Origin: a virus
Strand: one strand, 5' to 3'
IMG/VR virus record: IMGVR_UViG_3300029121_000001
Length of the DNA: 64,000 nucleotides
Part shown: positions 48,199 to 55,230 of the stretch, piece by piece
Layout of the letters: the number at the start of each line of letters is the position of its first letter
How positions within the stretch are numbered: position 1 is the first letter of the stretch
Made by a program: the position numbers and the translations under genes
The notes under the pieces: generated by a model
What the model was told of the DNA's origin: nothing
The model's database searches: none
What the model saw: only the letters and a program-made list of their open reading frames with translations

Positions 48199-48756
48199 TT
48201 ACATTAACCAAAATCCACATCCAGAGCAAGATTCACAAGTATGAGCACATCCAGATCCACACCCTTCGCATCCATCACACCCTCCACTACATCCTCCACT
48301 ACATCCAGAGCAAGTAGTGTTACATCCTCCACTACAATTTGTTTTACAATTTCCAGAACATCCTTTACAACCACCATAGCAACCAGTATTGCACAATCCA
48401 CTACAAGATGCTTTACATCCAGTAGAGGTCGCATCTTTAGCAATTTTAGAAAGATTGCCTACTGATGTAGTAGCATTTGTAAGTACACTAGCAATAACAT
48501 TAGCATTTTTATCAGGAGTTGTATTACTACCAGTAACAGCATCCAAAGGTTTAGTAATCTTTTGAATGTGTTCTAAATTGATTTTAATATCTTTACCTTG
48601 AGCTGGTGTAGTAGTATAATCATATGAAGTTCCATTATAGGATTTCATACTTCCAACACTTGCTGAATTTGATCTACGTGTAATCTCCGATTTTACGAGT
48701 TTCTTAAGTGCAGTAAAATCACTAGCATTAATTAATTCGCTTTTTTTAATACCCAT
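48199..48756 (-). CDS. Protein with extreme Cys/Gly/Ser-rich C-terminal tail, 185 aa
   Basis: The last 74 residues contain 19 Cys spaced CX2C/CX3C (GCKASCSGLCNTGCYGGCKGCSGNC...CSGGCSGGCDGCEGCGSGCAHTCESCSGCGFWLM). AAGAGGG SD. Confidence 0.75.
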   Translation of the reverse strand: MGIKKSELINASDFTALKKLVKSEITRRSNSASVGSMKSYNGTSYDYTTTPAQGKDIKINLEHIQKITKPLDAVTGSNTTPDKNANVIASVLTNATTSVGNLSKIAKDATSTGCKASCSGLCNTGCYGGCKGCSGNCKTNCSGGCNTTCSGCSGGCSGGCDGCEGCGSGCAHTCESCSGCGFWLM

Positions 48757-48760
48757 AATA

Positions 48761-49270
48761 TTACCCTCTTACACGAATGCGTACTCGACGAATATCTGTA
48801 TTAAGATCTTCATCGACTGCATATCCTACAATTTGTGTATTTTCTACTATTTCATCATGAAGTTTTGCTTTACCAACTCCAGAAATATCAGAAACTATAA
48901 TAGTATCTCCACGATGAATTTCTCCAATACACTTACAGTATACACGGCCACATAGTGATACAGGAATATATTTCTTAATATTCTTAGAAATATAATCATC
49001 ACTATTATCATATTGATCACCACCAATAATCATAGCATATTCATCAGAATGAACACCTGCAATAATACTACTTTTATTAGTAGCTTTAATATAGCTTTCT
49101 TTATCAGAAGATAGATCAAGAGCAATAATATCTCCAGGTTCTGTATATTCTCCTCTAGGGAAGAATTCTGCATAGTCATTATATACAGCACCATAACATT
49201 TACTAAATTTTGCTACACCATTTTTATCTACATAATAACTAGCACTACCAAAATTAATAGTACCCGTCAT
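48761..49270 (-). CDS. Hypothetical protein, 169 aa, first gene of the radical SAM operon
   Basis: GGTGGA SD. NDYAEFF...PGD...GRVYCKCIGEIHRGDTI recalls modules seen in phage fibre-associated proteins (unverified). Confidence 0.65.
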   Translation of the reverse strand: MTGTINFGSASYYVDKNGVAKFSKCYGAVYNDYAEFFPRGEYTEPGDIIALDLSSDKESYIKATNKSSIIAGVHSDEYAMIIGGDQYDNSDDYISKNIKKYIPVSLCGRVYCKCIGEIHRGDTIIVSDISGVGKAKLHDEIVENTQIVGYAVDEDLNTDIRRVRIRVRG

Positions 49271-49282
49271 TGTTCCACCAGA

Positions 49283-49310
49283 CTTAAGAAGATAAGCGTC
49301 AAATTATTAT
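49283..49310 (-). repeat. Cassette-box variant in the 5' leader of the radical SAM operon (ATAATAATTTGACGCTTATCTTCTTAAG)
   Basis: Shares ATAAT, TGACGCTT and CT..TAAG with the cassette boxes. Here it is followed by an SD and ATG 12 nt downstream of the box end. Confidence 0.6.
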
Positions 49311-49338
49311 AATTTTAATATATTTCAAAAAAAAGAAA

Positions 49339-49366
49339 AACCAATAGAGAGAAATCTCTATTGGTT
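49339..49366 (-). terminator. Hairpin terminator closing cassette 5
   Basis: aaccaatagaga-gaaa-tctctattggtt. An inverted paralogue of 51390-51417 with a compensatory pair change. Confidence 0.75.
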
Positions 49367-49371
49367 TATAA

Positions 49372-49587
49372 TTAAATATAATACACTATACAAGATATAT
49401 TATCATCCGTCCAAGTTGATGTATTACTACCTAAAGTAAAATGAATACAATATATCCAAGATGATTTAGATATAAATGCAATATAATTATAATAGTTTTC
49501 TTTAATTGCAACAGATATTGGAATTCCTAATGTAAACTTTTGTCCTGATTTAAAATCTATACTCTTAATTTTAGTAGAAGCGTCAGA
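49372..49587 (-). CDS. Start-less cassette ORF 5 (SDASTKIKSIDF...CIVYYI), 71 codons
   Basis: Opens directly after TGA (49590-49588). The only in-frame ATG/GTG/TTG is a GTG 4 codons before the stop. No SD. Confidence 0.55.
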   Translation of the reverse strand, partial: SDASTKIKSIDFKSGQKFTLGIPISVAIKENYYNYIAFISKSSWIYCIHFTLGSNTSTWTDDNISCIVYYI

Positions 49588-49590
49588 TCA
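49572..49590 (-). repeat. Cassette box, copy 5 (TGATCTGACGCTTCTACTA)
   Basis: Preceded in the minus sense by the hairpin at 49606-49632 and T10. Confidence 0.85.
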
Positions 49591-49605
49591 TTCAAAAAAA
49601 AAATA

Positions 49606-49632
49606 AAAGCATGAAATTAGATTTCATGCTTT
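49606..49632 (-). terminator. Hairpin terminator upstream of cassette 5
   Basis: aaagcatgaaat-tag-atttcatgcttt followed by TATTTTTTTTTT in the minus sense. Confidence 0.75.
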
Positions 49633-49646
49633 TATTTTATGATATC

Positions 49647-50390
49647 TCAAATATGTTCTTTTATAATATCAATAATTGCCTTAATCAATCTTCTTTCATC
49701 GTGCTTTTCAATATTACTATTACTGCAAAAATCATTGAATTTTGTTCTAAAGTTTTCAATATCAGAAGAAGTCATATAAATATGAGATAATTGTGTCATA
49801 CTTAAAAGATTATAGTCTGGTTTTCCGAATAGATCATTATAAAGTTTGTCAACCAAGTATTCTTTTCTTTTTTGATCAATACATCTTATCCATACATCTC
49901 CAAGAGTGATAGAATCACTATTATTGACATTGATATATAATTCATATATATTTTCTAAAAGTCTAATGGTAATGACTACTTTATTATCAGAATCTAATTT
50001 TTTACTAATAAATTCCAAAGATTCAATCATTCTATTTGTTGTATTAATATTATGACAATTAATAAAATATCTTATCATATCATCATTATTTAATTTAATT
50101 TTACGCATCCTTCTACCAGATAATACTTTGTTACTGTTACAAAATGCAATAGATTTGAACTGCTCATATTTATCTTTAGCACATTCATAACTTTCAAAAT
50201 TATATCTACTAATTTTAACCTTTTTACCTCCATTAATATCGAATATAATATTTCTAATTGTAATAACATATGATAGATAATCATTATAACTATAACTTTC
50301 AATCATAACACATGTTTTACTATCAGAAGAATATCCCAATAAACTAACCATAATATCATCTTTTATAGTAGTAATAAATCTTTCTCTCAT
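49647..50390 (-). CDS. Hypothetical protein, 247 aa
   Basis: ORF with an AAAGGAG SD. Confidence 0.7.
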   Translation of the reverse strand: MRERFITTIKDDIMVSLLGYSSDSKTCVMIESYSYNDYLSYVITIRNIIFDINGGKKVKISRYNFESYECAKDKYEQFKSIAFCNSNKVLSGRRMRKIKLNNDDMIRYFINCHNINTTNRMIESLEFISKKLDSDNKVVITIRLLENIYELYINVNNSDSITLGDVWIRCIDQKRKEYLVDKLYNDLFGKPDYNLLSMTQLSHIYMTSSDIENFRTKFNDFCSNSNIEKHDERRLIKAIIDIIKEHI

Positions 50391-50447
50391 TGTAATTCTC
50401 CTTTATTTTAGATAATTTAAAATAGAGTACATTATTCTCTATTTCTT

Positions 50448-50463
50448 CAATTTTATAATATCT
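50448..50463 (-). promoter_or_regulatory. Promoter-like box AGATATTATAAaaTTG
   Basis: 58-63 nt upstream of the 50390 start, followed by an aaatagag/ctctattt hairpin. Confidence 0.5.
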
Positions 50464-50541
50464 AATTCAAAATCATTATATATATAACGATATTTCACAT
50501 CATAATAATTCTCAAAACTTTTCATAAAGGAGACAATTATT

Positions 50542-51045
50542 ATGAATTTTAATATGAAACAACTTCATACTATCTATGAATGTGATACCAATGATCAGAC
50601 TGGAGCAAATCTAGATAATACTCTTTCTTCTAATAATCTTCTAGATATCTTTGATAATATTTGTCCTATTACTGGTGATATCTATAAGACCATGAAGAAT
50701 GCTGCTGCAGATCCTAAGAATCTAAAGGTTACTGCTGCTAAGTCTGGAGATGGAGAGAAAGCAAGTCTTTTCATTGAAGCTGTAGAGTTTATGACTTATG
50801 TAGAAGCTTCTGGTAAGACTATTGGTGAAGCAGCAGAAGATATTGTAGATACTTATCAATCTGATATCCCTGGTATGGCAAGTGATGATATCCATGTTGT
50901 ATTTCCCAGTGATGCTCTTAATAAAAATAATCTCGGCAGTCAGAATTATGGCAGAGATGTTAAGAACGATTGGGCAATGCAACTTATGACTGGAATTCGT
51001 AGATATGGCCTAAAGGCAAATATTGGAGTTGACGAAAGTAAATAA
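50542..51045 (+). CDS. Hypothetical protein, 167 aa
   Basis: ORF with an AAAGGAG SD. Confidence 0.7.
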   Translation: MNFNMKQLHTIYECDTNDQTGANLDNTLSSNNLLDIFDNICPITGDIYKTMKNAAADPKNLKVTAAKSGDGEKASLFIEAVEFMTYVEASGKTIGEAAEDIVDTYQSDIPGMASDDIHVVFPSDALNKNNLGSQNYGRDVKNDWAMQLMTGIRRYGLKANIGVDESK

Positions 51046-51098
51046 GTATTTATAAATTCTCAATATAGTATATAGTAAAACATATTCGAATTAAAATA

Positions 51099-51126
51099 AT
51101 CCACTAGAGATTCTTCTCTAGTGGAT
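51099..51126. terminator. Bidirectional hairpin terminator (TAGAGA-core family)
   Basis: atccactagaga-ttct-tctctagtggat. Confidence 0.75.
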
Positions 51127-51131
51127 TTTAT

Positions 51132-51371
51132 TTATATATAATAAATTATTGCTGTACCTGATACACAGTTATCAACATCATGTGAATTATATCCAGTATT
51201 TGCACATATATAATATAAATTTTCAGTATAATATTTATTATTCATTGTTATACTACACACAGGATAATTAGTACCATTATATATTAATACAGCAGATATT
51301 GGCGTTCCTGGTACAGAAAAATAACTTGACACTTTTACTGTTATATTTTTAATCTTAGTAGAAGCGTCAGA
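51132..51371 (-). CDS. Start-less cassette ORF 6 (SDASTKIKNITVKV...GTAIIYYI), 79 codons
   Basis: Opens directly after TGA TAA (51377-51372). The track catches only the part from an internal GTG (51332). No SD. Confidence 0.55.
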   Translation of the reverse strand, partial: SDASTKIKNITVKVSSYFSVPGTPISAVLIYNGTNYPVCSITMNNKYYTENLYYICANTGYNSHDVDNCVSGTAIIYYI

Positions 51372-51375
51372 TTAT
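51356..51375 (-). repeat. Cassette box, copy 6 (ATAATCTGACGCTTCTACTA)
   Basis: Preceded in the minus sense by the hairpin at 51390-51417 and T12. Confidence 0.85.
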
Positions 51376-51389
51376 CAAAAAAAAAAATA

Positions 51390-51417
51390 AACCAGTAGAG
51401 ATTTCTCTCTACTGGTT
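51390..51417 (-). terminator. Hairpin terminator upstream of cassette 6
   Basis: aaccagtagaga-tttc-tctctactggtt followed by TATTTTTTTTTTTT in the minus sense. Confidence 0.8.
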
Positions 51418-51424
51418 CTTTATA

Positions 51425-52084
51425 TTATGAATTTTCTCTTAAGAATCTTTGCTCATCTTCATATTCTTTTCTAATTCTAAATATCATTACATTAGGATCA
51501 TTTGCGTATTTCTTATATATTGGACTTACAAAAGATACTGTTTGATTATCTATATTCCCTTCATAGAATTCATCATCGTAATTATATTGTTTTATATATC
51601 CTTTACTTATAGGAATGCTTCTTACATGAGCATCTCCTAATTGTACTAAACATCTTCCTTTTCCTGAATATTGTTGAATAGTATTTATCATTATAGTTTC
51701 TCTTGTTTTAAACTCTTCTTCTCTAGACTTAAATTTCTTAGTATCTCCTCTATCTATTCCAATTAAAGGAATATTATATTTATATGCTAATTCATATAGC
51801 CAATAATTATATTGATAATCACATGGACCCCTCCCGCCATTAGTAGCATGGTCCATCTTATATTTGATATCTTCTCTTGTAAGAGCTTTATCAGCATAAG
51901 CAAATTCAGCTAAAAGATAATCATATTTACTTTGAGATAAAAGTTTATCATAAATACCAATCATTGAATTATTATGATATTCACCTACAATAACCATTTT
52001 ATATTTATCTAGTTTAGCAGATTTAATATCTTGATGCTTTGAATATGGAGTAACTTTTTCATTTATAATATTAAATACTTTCAT
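51425..52084 (-). CDS. Possible ChaN/Tiki/erythromycin-esterase-superfamily protein, 219 aa
   Basis: MVIVGEYHNN near the N-terminus and LVQLGDAHV later resemble the paired GE.H / G..H motifs of that superfamily. Unverified. Confidence 0.35.
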   Translation of the reverse strand: MKVFNIINEKVTPYSKHQDIKSAKLDKYKMVIVGEYHNNSMIGIYDKLLSQSKYDYLLAEFAYADKALTREDIKYKMDHATNGGRGPCDYQYNYWLYELAYKYNIPLIGIDRGDTKKFKSREEEFKTRETIMINTIQQYSGKGRCLVQLGDAHVRSIPISKGYIKQYNYDDEFYEGNIDNQTVSFVSPIYKKYANDPNVMIFRIRKEYEDEQRFLRENS

Positions 52085-52124
52085 AATATTATCTTCTTTC
52101 TTTTTATTATTACTAATTTGTATT

Positions 52125-52140
52125 CAATATTATAATATCT
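52125..52140 (-). promoter_or_regulatory. Promoter-like box AGATATTATAAtaTTG
   Basis: 41-46 nt upstream of the 52084 start. Confidence 0.45.
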
Positions 52141-52158
52141 TTTTATAAATTAATTGGT

Positions 52159-52287
52159 ATGGCTAGTGTTGTAACTGGTAATATTCCATCATTAAATATT
52201 GGAAATAAATATTATGACATAAAAGTTATATTAGATTATACATACAGTAAAGATTTATCTGTGATCGTATCGGTTATATATTATTAA
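52159..52287 (+). CDS. Possible small protein, 42 aa, ending VIYY (not in the ORF track)
   Basis: ATG ORF MASVVTGNIPSLNIGNKYYDIKVILDYTYSKDLSVIVSVIYY followed by a terminator. No SD. Its C-terminus recalls the cassette family. Confidence 0.3.
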   Translation: MASVVTGNIPSLNIGNKYYDIKVILDYTYSKDLSVIVSVIYY

Positions 52288-52293
52288 AATAAA

Positions 52294-52321
52294 ACCCAGA
52301 GGGTCTTAAGACCCTCTGGGT
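52294..52321. terminator. Bidirectional palindromic hairpin terminator
   Basis: acccagagggtc-ttaa-gaccctctgggt. Confidence 0.75.
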
Positions 52322-52346
52322 AATTTTATATAGTAATTATTATAAA

Positions 52347-53405
52347 TTAATAGACGGGGAAGAAGCGATCATCAGAGAAGATAGCAGAATTATGCTGACC
52401 CTGAAGAGGCTTATCGTCATTATGCTTCATAATTTCATCTCTGGTGAATCTGGCGTCTCCATCAGTGAAACGCTGCTTAATATAATCATATGTATACTTA
52501 TCAGTACCCTTAGCCCAAGCATGCATTGCCTTATCAAGATCCTTATCACCATCATATGTATCCTTGGCGATAGACTTATTCTTCAGGGCAAACTTCAGAA
52601 TCTCAACATACTGACCAACATAAGAATGATACCACTTAATAAGTTCAGAAGATGCAAGAGAGATATATCTGCATGTAGCATTAACCGCCTTCAACTTATC
52701 ACTCTTATCCTCATCATTTTCTTCTCTAATATCCTTCTTAGCATCATTAAGAGTCTTTAGTGCTGTAGCTTTAGATTTACGAATTTCATTAAAAATAGTT
52801 CTATCAGTATTAAAAACAATATTCTCTGCGTGTGTTAGAATACCCTTATTAATTTCTACATTCTTCTTGGATGTCACAACTGCTTTTTTGATTTTCATCT
52901 TAACATCAGAAGCTTCAGCATTAGCATTAGAGTTGTTAGCATCAATAGCAAGGAAATTAGCAACGTTTTTGTTAAGATCTTCTTTCTCGACCCAATTAGT
53001 AATTTCCTTATTATACTTTGCAGTGTTACTCCAATTAGCAATGATATTATCAAGCTTCTTCTTGTTAATACCAGCCTTATTGAAGAACTCACGAACATCT
53101 TCAACACGATCCTGAACCCAGGTAATCAGCTTGTCCCACATATCGGAGACAGTCTTGGTAACCTTATCAATAGCACCCTTGATCTTTTCCTTCAGCTGAT
53201 AGTTAGCCTCGTTAACATACTGAATTTCAGTGCCGTTCTCCAGCAGATAAGCATGCTCATTCAGCAGAATGCTCATGTTCATCTCATTCAGTGCATCAGC
53301 AGTATATGCCTGAGCCATGCCACAAGCCTCTGCCAGGCTCATGCCAGGAAACGGATTAGGGTTAGTATAGCCAGAGCTCTGACCACTAATAACATTAACA
53401 ATCAT
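52347..53405 (-). CDS. Hypothetical protein, 352 aa
   Basis: AAAGGAG SD. Raised GC at the 5' end. Confidence 0.75.
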   Translation of the reverse strand: MIVNVISGQSSGYTNPNPFPGMSLAEACGMAQAYTADALNEMNMSILLNEHAYLLENGTEIQYVNEANYQLKEKIKGAIDKVTKTVSDMWDKLITWVQDRVEDVREFFNKAGINKKKLDNIIANWSNTAKYNKEITNWVEKEDLNKNVANFLAIDANNSNANAEASDVKMKIKKAVVTSKKNVEINKGILTHAENIVFNTDRTIFNEIRKSKATALKTLNDAKKDIREENDEDKSDKLKAVNATCRYISLASSELIKWYHSYVGQYVEILKFALKNKSIAKDTYDGDKDLDKAMHAWAKGTDKYTYDYIKQRFTDGDARFTRDEIMKHNDDKPLQGQHNSAIFSDDRFFPVY

Positions 53406-53447
53406 GATTTAATCTCCTTTGTTTAAAATTACGATCGTAAGGAAAAA

Positions 53448-53996
53448 TTAATATAGATCGTCCCAACCTGTTGTGGACTCGTCAATACTGTCATCCTCAG
53501 CCAATTCAGCAGGGCTTGCTCCATCGACATACGATCCATCATCGAAGCTGGCTTCAAAGTTGTCATCTTCGTTGTTGAATTGAGGAATTGTATTGGGATC
53601 AACAGGGATCTCTTCAGATTCATTCACTAGACTTGCGTCCTTTTCAAATCCAGAGAAATCTTCATGAAAAGAATCATGGAACGATAAATCTACATCAGTG
53701 TCTTTTCCATCACTAGCATCTGCAAACTGATCAGCAGCAGCGATACCAGCGTCAAGACCATACTTAGCAGGGCGACCGAGCTTGTCGACTCCAAAGCCAT
53801 CAAAACCAGAATCTTCAGTGGATTCTTCAAATACATCTGCACTCTCATCTGCAAATGAATTCTGCTTATGCTTAATGTCAGAAGCAGTATCTCCGAATCC
53901 ACTATTATCATCTTGTTCCTGGCTATCATCCCAGGTATTGTGAGGCTCATCTTTATGCCAAGTATCTTCATGAAGAAGACTATTAAAAATACTCAT
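53448..53996 (-). CDS. Acidic hypothetical protein, 182 aa
   Basis: AAAGGAG SD. D/E/S/F-rich and looks disordered. Confidence 0.7.
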   Translation of the reverse strand: MSIFNSLLHEDTWHKDEPHNTWDDSQEQDDNSGFGDTASDIKHKQNSFADESADVFEESTEDSGFDGFGVDKLGRPAKYGLDAGIAAADQFADASDGKDTDVDLSFHDSFHEDFSGFEKDASLVNESEEIPVDPNTIPQFNNEDDNFEASFDDGSYVDGASPAELAEDDSIDESTTGWDDLY

Positions 53997-54048
53997 AATA
54001 GTAGTTTCTCCTTTCCTGAGATTTATTATAAAGTTATATATTTAAGAA

Positions 54049-55209
54049 TTAGAATAATCCGCCACCATTATCATCACCATATGTGGTTTGATCATCTTCA
54101 TCGTATCGATGTTTAGATTCTTCTTTTTCATTCTGTTCAGTTTCTCTAGTTGCTTTAGAGTTCTTAAGAGCAATTGCGTTAGCAATCTTTCTAAATCTAT
54201 CAACCCATTTAATTTGACGATCATAAACTTTCTTTTTATGATCATCGCCTTTTTCATCTTCACGATACTTAAGGTTTTCTGCATTGATCTGCAGATAATT
54301 AGCTTGAAGTTCAAACCAATCAGATACATCCATACGAGTCTTAAGAGTAAAGAATGCAACTTTACGAAGAAGCCAAATGAACAGAATAGCGCTCATACCA
54401 GCACCAACTACTGTAGCAATGAATGCTCCAATAGGTCCAGCTGCTGCTAGTGATGTAAGTAGAGGACCAGCACTAGCACCAGTAGCAGCACCTACAATAG
54501 CCTTAGTAAAGTCGGTAAATGTCTTATTACCATTTTCATCATAATCAATGAAAATTCCATCTTCATTGATTCCTGTAGCAGATTCACCAGTACTAGTAAT
54601 ATTACTCTTAATGCATCCATTAATGAGTTTATCAATAGTGCCATTAGCACAGTTACGATTAAATTGATTAATATACTCCAGAGTCAAATTGTCTCTAGAC
54701 TTAATATAACCAGTTTTATCGAGTGCAACACTGAAAGAATCATGGCCATTCTTAATGAATTCTACAGAAGAAGAGATCAAAAGAGAAGTAGATGTGATAA
54801 TAGACATTACTGTCATATTATATAGCATAATAGGAAATTCAATGTTAAGAGTAAATGCCTTGGTAAATAGACGCTCTCTATCATGAATATTACTAATAGC
54901 AGTAGATAGTTCATCTACAGGCTTAGTAGGTTCATTATAGCTCTTAACAAGATCATGAATACTATTAATGCAATCTACAATACTTGCATAATTTTCAACC
55001 TTAGTAATTACTCCCTTAGAACGAGGAATGGTACCAAAGTCAATTCCAGTTACATCATTCTTGATATGGCTATAAAGTCTACCAACAATGTTTTCAATAT
55101 TTGCTTGCCTCTTAGCTTCATTGCAAAAGAGAACATTCTTCTTAGTATAATAATCAGATAGATCATATGCTTCACTTACGAGTTGCATATATTCTGCACC
55201 TGTAATCAT
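54049..55209 (-). CDS. Membrane-associated hypothetical protein, 386 aa
   Basis: AAAGGAGG SD. Gly/Ala-rich hydrophobic stretch GAATGASAGPLLTSLAAAGPIGAFIATVVGAGMSAILFIWLL. Confidence 0.75.
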   Translation of the reverse strand: MITGAEYMQLVSEAYDLSDYYTKKNVLFCNEAKRQANIENIVGRLYSHIKNDVTGIDFGTIPRSKGVITKVENYASIVDCINSIHDLVKSYNEPTKPVDELSTAISNIHDRERLFTKAFTLNIEFPIMLYNMTVMSIITSTSLLISSSVEFIKNGHDSFSVALDKTGYIKSRDNLTLEYINQFNRNCANGTIDKLINGCIKSNITSTGESATGINEDGIFIDYDENGNKTFTDFTKAIVGAATGASAGPLLTSLAAAGPIGAFIATVVGAGMSAILFIWLLRKVAFFTLKTRMDVSDWFELQANYLQINAENLKYREDEKGDDHKKKVYDRQIKWVDRFRKIANAIALKNSKATRETEQNEKEESKHRYDEDDQTTYGDDNGGGLF

Positions 55210-55230
55210 TACAAATATCCTCCTTTCAAT

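Noticed and set aside
44915-51424. T4 gene-60-style translational bypass from the upstream gene over the hairpin into each cassette. The gaps are 53, 59 and 89 nt, and one upstream gene ends GGA TAA.
   Set aside because: Take-off and landing codons do not match consistently: TCA/TCT in one case, ATT or GGA with no cognate landing codon in the others. The codon before the resume point is itself a stop. Gap lengths vary.
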